This document shows, one piece after another, positions 12,247 through 24,380 of a stretch of DNA of 40,751 nucleotides. The stretch is taken from the NCBI GenBank assembly GCA_002269645.1, contig NIVC01004605.1, forward strand, positions 1 to 40,751. The letters are read 5' to 3'. The notes under the pieces are model-generated. The model saw only the letters and a program-made list of their open reading frames with translations. It did not search any database and was not told where the DNA came from. Position 1 is the first letter of the stretch. Every line of letters starts with the position of its first letter. Source of the DNA: Macrostomum lignano. Its lineage: Eukaryota. The position numbers and the translations under genes are program-made.

Positions 12247-13373
12247 GTAATAAATTACTACGTAGTATAATAACATAATTATTACAAAAGGAGCGTGTTT
12301 CCGTAAGTGCTTCGATGGAACAAATTTGTTTTTATTGTTTTAATGAAAGACGTTAGACTGACCATTCTAAACAGTTTAAGCCAGTCTAAGTTAAAAACAG
12401 CAGCAGAAATGCTCTCGCTATAACTAACCGTTGCCGAATTTTTAATTGAGAAAAATGTTATCCTAGTGTATGTTTTCATTATTAAAACTAATTATAAATG
12501 ATTACAAAGTTTTCCTGATTTTTAATGTTTTATTGAAAGAAGTATAATTAGCATTGGAGTACGAGTTGTATTTAATGTAATCGATCTTTTGAATTTGAAT
12601 GTATCAAAATCGCAAACTGCGACTGGCCCTCGATAGTAGTGCATCACTGCATTAGATTTTCCTCCAGCTCTGATTATTTTATTTATAGTAAACATAAAAC
12701 TAACAGGCTCGTAAACTGCTGATTCCTAATTCAATTGTATATTTAAATGTGAACGATTATCCAATCAAGTACAACAACTAAGTTCAAATAAATCAAAGGA
12801 AACTAAGAGTTTTCCGCTTGTCACCGAATGTCTGCTTTTTTTTATTTTGACCAACGTTTAGTATAACTTAGCTAGTTAATATATAGGTGTATCTACAAGT
12901 GTATAGGAGTACGAGTGCATATAGTAGTATAGAAAGTATATATACATGGTTACTAGCTTAGCTAGCTTAGAATTAGTTTTACATTACAAAAAAGCTTTAT
13001 GGGATATTTTAACTTTCCATCCAACAATCCAAATTTCCCCCTTTCAGATGAATTACAAAAAAATTGTTATATAACTAAGCCTTATCTGGTATTCGAAGAA
13101 ACGATCCAACTCAGTATCGATGGCTGATTTTCCTGACACATTTGAGACCGAAAGCCCAGCTACTAGTAAGTGCAAACCTACAATAAAATTATTTAGCAAA
13201 TAAATTCGAACAAACATAGGCTGATTGATTCCTCTGAGTAATTTTTCCCACATTTAAATTTTCAGTATTGCACGAACTTTCAACAGTTTCAGGTCTGTTA
13301 GATGTTTAAAACAAATTTATTACTTATTTAAAATCATTCTCCAATACTTTTAACAAGCTGCTTATGCTTCATA

Positions 13374-16300
13374 ATGGCAGAAACTACAGAAGCAAGTCGT
13401 GCTACTCGCAGTGCATTTGGTAAGATGCGCGCATAGGGGGGTTTGGGGGGGGCAGAGCTGCTCAGCGGTGAACGCGTCGGATCAATATTGGCCAAGAAGG
13501 GTTTGTCATGCGATTCAAACCCCGATGACCAGTACTCAACACACAGAGAGTGTACATGTTGGACGATTAGACAGTCAAGGGCCGCTGTACACCCTGTGGG
13601 AGCATGTGTGTATGAATGTGTATTGGCGCGCTTGCATTTGCTCAGGAGTCAGAAAAGTTTTTAGGGCCTTCGGCGAGGGGTGCCACGAATATCCTACTAA
13701 ATATTATAAAAAGTATCTAATTGTTTGTTTTTAAATATATTTGTTTATAGATTAATTTTTGTTCTAAATTGCAACAAAAACTTACAGGCATCATTCAAGA
13801 TGTACAGGCAGTATCGAAGCTTCCCAGCTGGCAGGGAACATTCGGTGAGCATTTCTCAAGGAAACTTTAAGTAGAATATTTTTAATTGTCCTTTGCACTT
13901 CAACTATAACATACAGTTTTGCAAAACTTTTACAATTGTAGCTCATCAAAGGCTACTGCTAGTATTCGCTGATAAGATCACAGCAGAAATGGACAGATAC
14001 ATTGAATTTATGAGCTCATGTTGCGGCTTTTACAATGAGAAGCTCGCCCTGAACAGTCACCTTGCCGAATCCGAGACCCTGTCTCGAGCACCAGTCAGGC
14101 AGATTGTCTGCCTAGTAATTTTCTCCGCTTCGCAGCCACAGCGCTACATGAAGGACTACCTAGATTTTCTGAACCAATTTGACGAATCCGTGGATCAGCT
14201 ACTGCTGTACTGCAACTTGTCCGAGACAGAGACCCAAATCGATCAGGATCTGCGAAATCAATTCTGCAGCAGTGCTTTTCCTTATCGAAAGTCTAGCATT
14301 GCTTACACTTTCGGAACTTCCTATGGAGTCGGACGATTTTTTGATAAATTTAAGAACGATTGCAACTTGAAATGGAATCGTACTGTTGGCCTTTGTGACG
14401 TCCTGCTGGAATCACTTAATATAGACCAGTCGTCTGAACTTTACATTAAAAAGCCTAGAAGCGAAAAGTGCTTCTTCCCACGCGAAATATTTTACCCTTG
14501 CAGCTCACAAGAACTGATCAAAATAGCCGGCATTGAGTCCTTCACCAACCGAGTTGACCCGGATACTCTGGCGTTATACGGTGATTTTATATATCTGAAC
14601 AGCCGCATACAAAAGCCGCAGGCCTTGATCGTTCTAAACATCAAACTAGAGAGCGGCAAGACAAACAAGTCAATGCACGCAGACTGGAGGCGCCTTCTTT
14701 GGCTGTTTGATAAGCTCCAGTTCGAGGTCAAAGATGTTCAAACAGACGCGTCAAGCTGCAGTCAGCTTGAAGAATGCGTGAAGACTTTTGCTGATTCTGA
14801 GTTGCACGGTGACTCCTGCTGCCTGGTTGTGCTCTCCGAAGGCTGGCTAGAAAGCAGCTGCATTGACAGCATCAGTAAGAGCATGGCCTTCGGAAAGCTT
14901 ATCAAGGGTAAGCCGAGGCTGATCATCATTCAGGAGTACCAACCGAAGTCCTCACAAGCATCGGATGCTGCGCCGAAGTCGCTCCCCCAATTTCTGCCTG
15001 ACGCAGTGGAAGCGATGCGATTGCAGTTCAGAAACGACAAGCCTGAGGTCAGAGTCCATCCGCTAAGCGGAACCGTATGGTGTCAGTCCGAAGCGTCGGA
15101 CACCGAAAGCGACAATGCGACACTGCTGATTGAAATCATCTGCGAGACTTTCATCAATCACTCAGCCATCGAGGATTTGGTTTCGATGATTTCAATCATC
15201 AACGAGAGACTGCAGGACGCCCCACCCACTTGGTGTGTGCAGACTGCCAAACTTTTCTATGTTGGAAATACTGAGTTCACAGGGAGCGGAAGCGCTAGTA
15301 AGTTTATTTATGTCTTTAAAAAATGAAGGAGATTGTTTATTTCAAGTTTACTGTCAAAATAAATTTTCAATTTCAGGCAAGGCTCAATCCGAAAATACCC
15401 CTGAAAATCCTGCACCTGCAACCGATCCGTTAGCGACTTTGCAGACATTGCAAGGCTTAGCAGCAGAGTCGGACAGGCTGCGTCCCATTCTCGATCAAAA
15501 CAGTAAGTATGAACTAAAAATTTGAGACAAAGATCGATTTGGAGGTCCCAAAATTTTTGAAGCTATAAACTTAATGAATTTCAGATCGCCCTGGAGTAGC
15601 ACTGATTCTCACTGAAGGCTTGTTCGACAAAGTCCGAGATTATCAAATGTTTCTGGATTTTGCCGGCTTTCAAGTAATCTCGGAACGAATCGACGGTATT
15701 GGCGCTTCTTTGAGAGAAATTGTGACTTCATCGGCCGCTCAAAGCCCTCTAGCAGTTGTGCTGATCGTCAAGAAGCACCAGGTCGGAGCCGGCGTAGATG
15801 ATTTAATTGCGTGCATGTCGGAGACTGCAACCAAGCACGGAAACAGTTCCCTACTCATCTACTTTGAGATACTAGGTGCTGATGAGCCGCCTTCTGAGAT
15901 TCGCTTACCGAATGAACTGCCAGAGAAGTTCAGCATAGTTTGCTACCAGGGCACTCGAGACCGAATCGATCTCTGCCTCGACGTATTTCTAAAAACACCG
16001 AGAAAGAAACTTAAAAACAGTCCAATTGTGGGTTATAACTTTGAGAAGCTACCTTACAAGAAAAAAGAGCCAAAAATGATGTACCGATCCAGCGATAAAA
16101 ATCCTGGCTGGAAGCTGGCGCTCAAATGGCCAGAGAGCCAAAATATCAGGGGTGACGACATCATGAAACAGGACCTATTCCGCACAGCCAGTATGCGAGA
16201 GAAATGGTTCCCAAAGAAACCAATTCCACAGAATGTCACTATGCAGAGCAGGGCTCTAATCGTTCAGAATGTTGTCTTCAAATCCGGCGAGATCAGATTT

Positions 16301-17014
16301 GGCACCCAGAACGACTGTCAGAGGCTGACGGACTGCCTTACAGGCCTGGGGTTTCGAGTGTCAATCAGAACGAACCTCACGGCAGCTGAAATCTTGCAAA
16401 CTGTGCAGCTCTTTGCTGGTGCCAACGACCACGGCCGCTCCTGCGCCTTGGCAATCATGTCCCACGGATATCTGGGAAAAATTTTGGGATGCGACGAAAG
16501 GACTGTGAAAGAAGCAGATATTCTTGATCAGCTGAGCAAAGGCAGTGGGCTTCAGGGTAGATCAAAGTTTGTTGTGTTTCAAGCGTGCAGGCCATTGGAA
16601 GAACAGCATTCCAGCAGCTCAGCAGAGCGATTGATTAGACCCTATCCCGACATGGTGATTGCTCACTGCACCTCCCCAGAGGAGTTCGGTTATCGAAACC
16701 GCTTCGAGGGCAGCTGGTTCGTGCAGAGCCTGTGCTCCGTGCTGAATGAATGCGGAGCCGATGCGGACATCCTATCAGTGATAACTGCGGTGAACTGCAT
16801 GGTCCTGACCTGCTTCAATCGGTCCGACTGTAAAGAGCAGCGGACTCAGCAGCCGTGGTGGCTGCTGCAAACGAGAGGCGCTTTTGTGCTCGGCAGCGGC
16901 ACACCAATGAAAGAGATCGGCGACACCAATCGTAGTGCAGCTGCACCTGCTGGGAGCCGAAAGTGTCGGGCAAGCGTTTGGAAAAAGTTGGAGGCATTCT
17001 TCGCGAGGTGGTGA
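13374..17014 (+). CDS. Multi-caspase-fold protein gene 2, intact, ~1004 aa (four caspase-fold units, only the C-terminal one with a catalytic dyad)
   Basis: Exons 13374-13419 (ATG, MAETTEASRATRSAF), 13788-13844, 13942-15297, 15377-15502, 15585-17014 sum to 3015 nt (1005 codons); all introns GT-AG, phase 1. Terminal domain has AIMSHG (His 16463-16465), VFQACR (Cys 16586-16588), IRFGTQND and YRNRFEGSWFV. Exon 3 domain has VVLSEG / IIQEY (no His, no Cys). Confidence 0.9.
13445..13650 (+). mobile_element. Diverged SINE family B-related copy in intron 1 of caspase gene 2
   Basis: Head with GCTCAGCGGT (A-box-like) and GATTCAAACCC (B-box-like); body ACACAG..AGTGTACATG..GCTGTACACCC..GCGCGCTTGC..TGCTCAGG matches the reverse complement of 11938-12130. 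Confidence 0.65.
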
Positions 17015-17492
17015 ATTCATACTTCTTGTGTTTTTATTGAGAAACTTTGCTTACTTGCTTCTAAACTCCTGATTAGATAGTGTAATCTAATTTTTTCTCT
17101 GGCCTTATTATTTTTAGCGTTAAATCTAACTGCTAATGCTTTGTTTGAGTCTTATTAATATGAAGATCGCAGAAATTATGAAAAAATGTCTGACATTGAG
17201 GGTTGCTACAAGTCCGATTGGTTGTCATAACCAAACTAAAGTGCCACTGTAGTGGACTATATGCTGCACCGCAAATTCTAAAAACATTAGACGTTTTAAC
17301 TCAAATTAAAAAAGTGGTCACTATTTTTGCTTGAGTTCCTCAAATAGCTCGTAGAAATGTCGATTTCGCCTCAAGAGCTGATGCACCTGTTAGATTATAT
17401 TATTGTTATGGCTGTTGCAGTTGCCGAGGTATTTCTGTCAGTAAATAGCTGTTAGGTTCAATATGGCCATATTTTGCATTATTTGATACTCG

Positions 17493-17743
17493 TAACCGAC
17501 TGCTCAGCCGCAGCTATTGCGCGGCGCATCTGAAGGCTGCGTACGGCTGTTCAGTCCAAGAACTGGGGGGTCACCACACACCCTCAATTACCCCAGCGAA
17601 TGCTGGTAGCAGGGTGACCTGAAGCACTGCAGAGTTTAGTGTCTTGCTCAAGAACACAAATTGTTTTGTATAGGTCGAGAATCGAACCCCCGACCTTTCA
17701 GTCGCGAGTCCGACGCTCTAGCCACTAGCTAGGTCACAACCCC
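17493..17743 (-). mobile_element. tRNA-derived SINE family A (CORE-like central domain)
   Basis: Minus strand: GGGGTTGTGACCTAGCTAGTGGCTAGAGCG...GGTTCGATTC (A/B boxes), then TGTGTTCTTGAGCAAGACACT...GCTTCAGGTCACCC resembling the CORE-SINE domain; homologous to 35641-35912. Confidence 0.85.
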
Positions 17744-18434
17744 TCATTATATTTTGTATTATTTGAGACATTGAGCCAGTTGGAACAATCTCTAAGCGAA
17801 ACTGACCTTTTATGTGTGCGTGAAATGCAACGAAAAAGTGACCTAATTTTTTGGGATCGTAAGCTAATTGTATCGATCTAATACAACAGGTGATATGCAA
17901 CAACTTCTTAAAATGATTATTTTAAAGCCTAATAAAACTGAAAGCATGACAAGACTAACAAGAAAACTGTAAACTGTAAACAAGTGAACTGAAGCACTGT
18001 AACTTCCTGTATTTCATTGGCTCGCATTTGAGCGAGAACTTAAAACATTGTCAGATACTTTCGAATTTTTTAAATGCTACGAGAGTACGATTTAGTAGTC
18101 TGACTAATACTCTCTTATCTCGCGATGGCGAATAACTATTTTTATTGTCTTTAAAAATTCTAAATAGACTGGTACCTACATATTTACAGGCTACATGTTG
18201 TATCAGATACACTTCAGTGTAAACACTATAGTCTCTAATTCTCAGTGCTGTGTCATTGCAATGTTTCGCAAATTTGCGGCTTCTTTGCCAACGAGTATCT
18301 AATTGCTCACGGACAGGCTGTCGGATATTTGTTTAAGTTGCCTAGCTCGTAAATACAATGGCTCAAAAAACGCAAGAAAAAGTACGACCTCATCTTCAAA
18401 AATGGCGGCACTTGTACTTTTAATTCCATCTATA

Positions 18435-18520
18435 AGATAGATAGATATATAGATAGATAGATAGATAGATAGATATATAGATAGATAGATATATAGATAG
18501 ATAGATAGATAGATAGATAT

Positions 18521-18557
<37 letters not shown>

Positions 18558-18576
18558 CAGATAGATAGATAGATAG
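18435..18576. repeat. (GATA)n microsatellite, imperfect
   Basis: GATA units interrupted by GATATA and GACA variants. Confidence 0.95.
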
Positions 18577-18888
18577 TAGATAGCGAGAAAGAGCGAGCGA
18601 AGCGAGCTCTTTCGAGCTTGCTTGCCGCAGCCAATCAAGCTGAAAGCACGCACACAAGATCACCGGAAACGATTAAGGCAGCTGGAAAGCCAATGGGCGC
18701 GGTAAGCGCTTTTATCCAGAGGAACTACCTACTGGAACCAGCCATGCCGAACGAAAATCAGACTACTCAAGTAGTGCAAAAGAGTACGTGCAACTACCGA
18801 GAAATCTAATTTTCGTAACCGCTCCGGTGCAGGTCCTGGCTATAGATAGTAGATAGCGAGAAAGAGCGAGCGAAGCGAGTAATCGTAA

Positions 18889-19394
<506 letters not shown>

Positions 19395-19810
19395 GCACTC
19401 TCATATTTCCAAAAAAAGCTAAAAAAAGTTTTCACCGTGTTTCGCAGAACTGATGAAATCGTAAATTCGGGATAGTCCGTTTATATTAAGTTTGATAGTT
19501 AAATAAAAACGGGATAGCAACGTGTCCCTAGATAAAGAAATGATAATCGACGGGGTTTCTAATATATAATGACGGCTGACTTGGAGAGTAAAAAAGGTTA
19601 TTGTTACACACTTTTTAACAACTAGGCTCGTATTACACTAAATCTGAGAGCCGATTTTCGTTCAAATAAACAACATGCTTTGAATTTGAACTCAAGAAGA
19701 TTCTATCGTAATGTAGAACAGTTTAGAGAAGACGGCAATATAGGATCTTGAAGCAGCAAATATTTGATACTGAGCATAAATAGCTTTACTGCATTCAACC
19801 AGTTTTTCTT

Positions 19811-21480
19811 CTATAAGTGATTCTCCGACACCTCTCCGGAGAGAGGAATTCGGCTTGACTTGGGCTGCTGTTGTTCCACCCGATCCGCCATCGCTTCTGC
19901 CGGCCCTTCAAATAGACTCTGCGTACTAACGAGGAAAAACTTCTTATGCGTCTGCACTGTCCAGCATGGCAGTTGTAGTGACAGAACTTCTCCATTCAGT
20001 TCAGGCTGTTTAAATCCGCGAACCATGGCGAAGTTGATCCTGGTGAGCATGGAGACCAGATCCTCTTTATGGGCGAACTCGTAAAAGGTTGCGCACAGGG
20101 CTAAAATGAAGCGACTGCCGTAACTACTTCGAAAAGCGAAGTCCCCAGGCGATGTCGAATGGGCCACGATCAGCCCGCTCTGCTCAGGCGGCGGCTCAGA
20201 TCCGCTGGCAGGATTGCCTTGGTGAATGCCCACCTGGATGGCCATCTCCGTCATCATCGCGCAGACTCTCTCCGAGTTCGCCGCCAGTTTTCCGGCGACG
20301 GCCTCGCTCAAATCGATCCGACAGGCTTGAATGAGAACCAGTCTGGGCTTGGCCCTGACACCGGCGCCTCTGGACATCAGTTGGAGTATTTCAAACTCTT
20401 CAACGATGCCCAATTTTTCCCCTCTTCTGTAGTCTGTGCCGCAGATAATGCCGAGGCTACCGTGCGACATGATAGCCAGGACGCAAGCGTCTCCATGGCT
20501 GTCATCATTGGCAAAGTTTCTCACCGCCTCCCGCATCTGCTCAGCTGTCAGGTTAACCATTTCTGTCACACTGAACTGCATAAGAGTCAGCACGTGACGC
20601 AGGTTCTTAAAATCCATGTAGCTCTCGGGTCGATTCGAGGTTGGAAGCACGAAACTTACGTTATGAATTATCAGAGCTTTTTTAGTAGCACGATTTCCAA
20701 TGTAGTAAACCAGATCGTCAATCGGATTGGGATCAGTCTTCAGTCTCTCGGCTGTTTCGGCGTCCAGCTGCTTCAGGTGCGATCCGTCGCCAATAATTCT
20801 AGCGAACTCCTCCCTGTCCTTCAGCATTTTCACCGGCAGCCGTGGCTGGATGAACTCGCCAGTCAAGCCATTCTGCGTCTTCAACCTGAACTTATCGAAA
20901 ACTTCGCTCTCGATTTCGTACTGAATCAACTCGCCGAGACCTCTGCTGTGCCATTTTTTCTTTTTTAGATCAGCGAGCAGCTGCAGGAAGGTCCTCACTT
21001 CATCTCGCATCTTCACGGTGATGCTCATGAGCACCATGTTGCGCAGATTCCTTCGACACTCGTCTGGCCTCATCAGCTTAACGCAGTCGGCTTTCTCTTC
21101 GGAGTACGTGTTGGAGATTCTGCAGAATATAAGCAGCTTCTGTGTTGAGTCATTTGCAGCCAAAAGCAGTTTGACAATTTCGTCAAGGTCGGCGGGTTCG
21201 TCAGACTCAAGCAGTACGACCACAACCAGCTGTTTGGCGTCCTTCGCTACGCCCTCGATTTCATTTTTTATGTCGTTAAAATCGGTCGATGGTACATAGT
21301 TGACAATGAATCCGCAGCGGTCCAAGAAGCGCTCATAGTCGCGAACTTCTAAGCAGCAGTTGACTTCCTGATTGTATGTCTGGCTGAATATAACAGCCCT
21401 GCATTGTCCACTGAATGAAGGCAGCTGGACGGGTTTCGGCGTTGGCGTTGTTTGCGGACTCGGTAGCAAAATTGGTTCGA
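19811..21480 (-). CDS. Caspase gene 3: N-terminal degenerate caspase-like domain + caspase domain (one large terminal exon; upstream exon(s) not identified)
   Basis: 552-codon ORF; splice acceptor TTTCAG ends at 21481 (phase 1). Motifs KKALIIHNVSF, NRPESYMD, CVLAIMSHG (His 20464-20462), KPRLVLIQACR (Cys 20323-20321), LIVAHSTSPG..FR..GSRFI, QLPCWTVQTHKKFF. Confidence 0.9.
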
Positions 21481-23347
21481 CTGAAATTTAAACACATTAA
21501 GAATTTTTTTTTCAAAACTACTGATGAACTTACATGAACATATTACTTATAGTGTATGTGCAACAGCTCAGTTTTTGGTCTGTGGACCGGCTACTTCAAA
21601 CTACATGTAGTACCATTATATAGCATATAGTAGCATATGTACGAGTATATTGCAATAGTTATGTGATCGCAGATACCATTTTATATCTGCTGTACGCTCG
21701 TATACTGCTACCTGTACCAGCATTAGAAGTGCTTTGTCAGTGCCCCAGCAGCCCACACTGCACCAGGCCGATACTGCGCGACCCAACGCCAAAGTAGGCA
21801 ATCTCTCTACCCGGAGCGTCCTAATTCCCGGAGACCACTCGCTATATAATACCAATAGTAACAGTGGGCTGAGGGCCTGGGGCTTTGAAATCTTCACTTA
21901 CGCTACAAATTCGTACCTTAATGTAAGTAAACCTCGACATACTGCTAAAAAACAAGGGGTATTGCAAAATTTTCGCAAAATGTGTCTACTGCAAACGACG
22001 GAAAATATCGAAATTCTGAGCTGAGAAATTCTAGCTAAAACTCCTTGCACATCTGCTCTATTTTAAATGATGAGACTGTAAAGCAAAGGACTGAGTTTGG
22101 TGCCACTGTCACTCAGGTAAGAGTCATTCGAATTTCGCTTAAAAGTATTTCAAATAGCTAGTCTAAAGATTCATTGACAACCTCAAAGATATTAAAAAAT
22201 TAATATCTGTTAATATAAATTTAGAACGGCTTCGACATAAATAAAAACGAAAGCGTACCTTCGCCTTCGGTTTCGTTTGGAATATTTGTGGGAGCAGTCG
22301 ATCGTTTAGGGGCATCGCAAGCCTCGGCCATGGTGGGTAGCATCGGATGCTATATAGCTTGTTTTGTGGCTTCTGCTTGAAAACACAGCAACAAGAATGC
22401 ATAGCTACAGTGTATAGCTGCTTTTTATAGAACTTACAGTTAGAGGCTACATGTATAGAGCCCATTTATGGTGCCAAACGTAAATTGTGACGTCTGTTTC
22501 TATAATTAAACAGTTCTGGAAAAGAGATTTGCTAGATAGATACGCTTTATATGGCCTAAGGGCCCAGATATTCTGCAGTTTAATACAGACTGCTTTGCAT
22601 GATATGGAAGATACGAATTCAAGAAATATACGAGCGTACGATGCAATTTACGCAACTGTAATACACTACCGCTACAGTTTGACCAGTGCAATTTGCATTC
22701 GTTGCGGATGTGTTAGTTAAAGCATTGATAAATAAATCCGAAGATATAGCTACACAAATTAACTTCAGGGGCACATTGTAGCTGTACCTGTTATTAGCCA
22801 TTCTAAAAGAAAAGAGTCGAGATACAGCTTCTGCATGATCCCTTTGGTTTAATTTGTTTAATCAAATTCCTTAGCCTAATTAAGAAGCTAACGTTATGGA
22901 GCTAATTTTTGGGTGCCTTAATACTTAATTTGTTAAAAATTTAACTCAATGAAAGTACAAGTTAAGGAATATTTCACTTAGATAGAAATATAACTGCTAA
23001 TTTGATAAATAAATTGCTAAGAGTTCTAGGACATATTGACAGAATCGTTATCTAGTTGATAACAATTTCTAGAAGCGAAAAATGTTTAAGTAGTTATTGT
23101 GACTTCAGCACCGATACATAAGCGAGTACATGTAAGGCTTTTTGTCCAAGTTTGATTCACAATTGACTCAAAGTTATCAAAGTGACGTACTTGAATGCAA
23201 ACTTTCACAATCGGATTTCTTTATTTGATAAAATTGTCTCTTAGCAAAATTCAAATCATAGCGTTTTCAATTTTTAGAACATAGTCAGCTTGTCCAGCTG
23301 TCTTACAGTTTTCATTCATTCTCTTTCGCATTTTTCATTCTCTTCTG

Positions 23348-23998
23348 TTTGAAGATTGGGGGCCGGTGATTTTGCAGATTGAGAGCCGGTGGTTTTGAAG
23401 ATTGAGAGCCGGTGTTTTTGCAGATTGAGAGCCGGTGGTTTTGAAGATTGAGAGCCGGTGTTTTTGCAGATTGAGAGCCGGTGGTTTTGGAGATCGGGGG
23501 CCGGTGATTTTGGAGATTGAGAGCCGGTGGTTTTGGAGATTGGGGGCCGGTGATTTTAGAGATTGGGGGCCGGTGGTTTTGGAGATTGGGGGCCGGTGGT
23601 TTTGGAGATTGGGGGCCGGTGGTTTTGGAGATTGGGGGCCGGTGGTTTTGGAGATTGGGGGCCGGTGATTTTGAAGATTGGGTGCCGGTGATTTTGGAGA
23701 TTGGGGGCCGGTGATTTTGGAGATTGGGGGCCGGTGGTTTTGGAGATTGGGGGCCGGTGGTTTTGGAGATTGGGGGCCGGTGGTTTTGGAGATTGGGGGC
23801 CGGTGATTTTGAAGATTGGGTGCCGGTGATTTTGGAGATTGGGGGCCGGTGGTTTTGGAGATTGGGGGCCGGTGATTTTGGAGATTGGGGGCCGGTGGTT
23901 TTCGAGATTGGGCGCTGGTGGTTTTGAGATTGGAGGCTGGTGGTTTTGGAGATTGGGGCTGGTGGTTTTGGAGATTGGGGCTGGTGGTTTTGGAGATT
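23348..23998. repeat. 23-bp G-rich minisatellite (TTTTGGAGATTGGGGGCCGGTGG), ~28 copies
   Basis: Regular 23-nt period with GGGGGCCGG / GAGAGCCGG variants grouped in blocks. Confidence 0.95.
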
Positions 23999-24004
23999 TG
24001 TTGT

Positions 24005-24160
24005 TTCACTACAGGATTTGAATTCGGCAGCACATGCCCAAGTGTACATGCCGAATGATAAATAAGTTGTGTGAGTGTGTGTATGACTGCGTACGTATCC
24101 GCGCGCTTGTGTGCCTGCTCAGGGGAGTCGGCGAAATGGGCAGTAATTCCATCCGACATT
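24005..24160 (+). mobile_element. Partial SINE family B copy abutting the minisatellite
   Basis: AAGTGTACATGCC...GTATCCGCGCGCTTGTGTGCCTGCTCAGGGGAGTCGGCGAAATGGGCAGTAAT matches the reverse complement of the 2841/11938 copies. Confidence 0.75.
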
Positions 24161-24380
24161 AGCCAGTGAATGTTGTGAACTGTTCACGGAAAGAAAAGAT
24201 ATTAGAAAACTACGATATCACTACGCACTTTCTAGACATGGGATTATAGCGCTGAAGAATATCACAAAGAGAACGAGCCAGTGCCATTTTTTAAAAAGCA
24301 GTTTGTTCAGCGACAACTGATAAATATGGAGTTTACTTCAATCATTGAGACCTCATTGGATTTTTAAAACGCACTCCGAA

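Noticed and set aside
20159-21299. Plus-strand ORFs (269 aa and others) overlapping caspase gene 3; likewise antisense ORFs over genes 1 and 2, the WSC genes and the J-domain gene
   Set aside because: Shadow frames of real coding sequence, with no motifs of their own.
21616-21897. Candidate upstream exon(s) for caspase gene 3
   Set aside because: Could not find a convincing ATG plus phase-1 donor combination; left unresolved.
23312-24159. 245-aa and 274-aa Pro-rich ORFs and their antisense ORFs
   Set aside because: Translations of the 23-bp minisatellite plus SINE sequence; no independent coding evidence.
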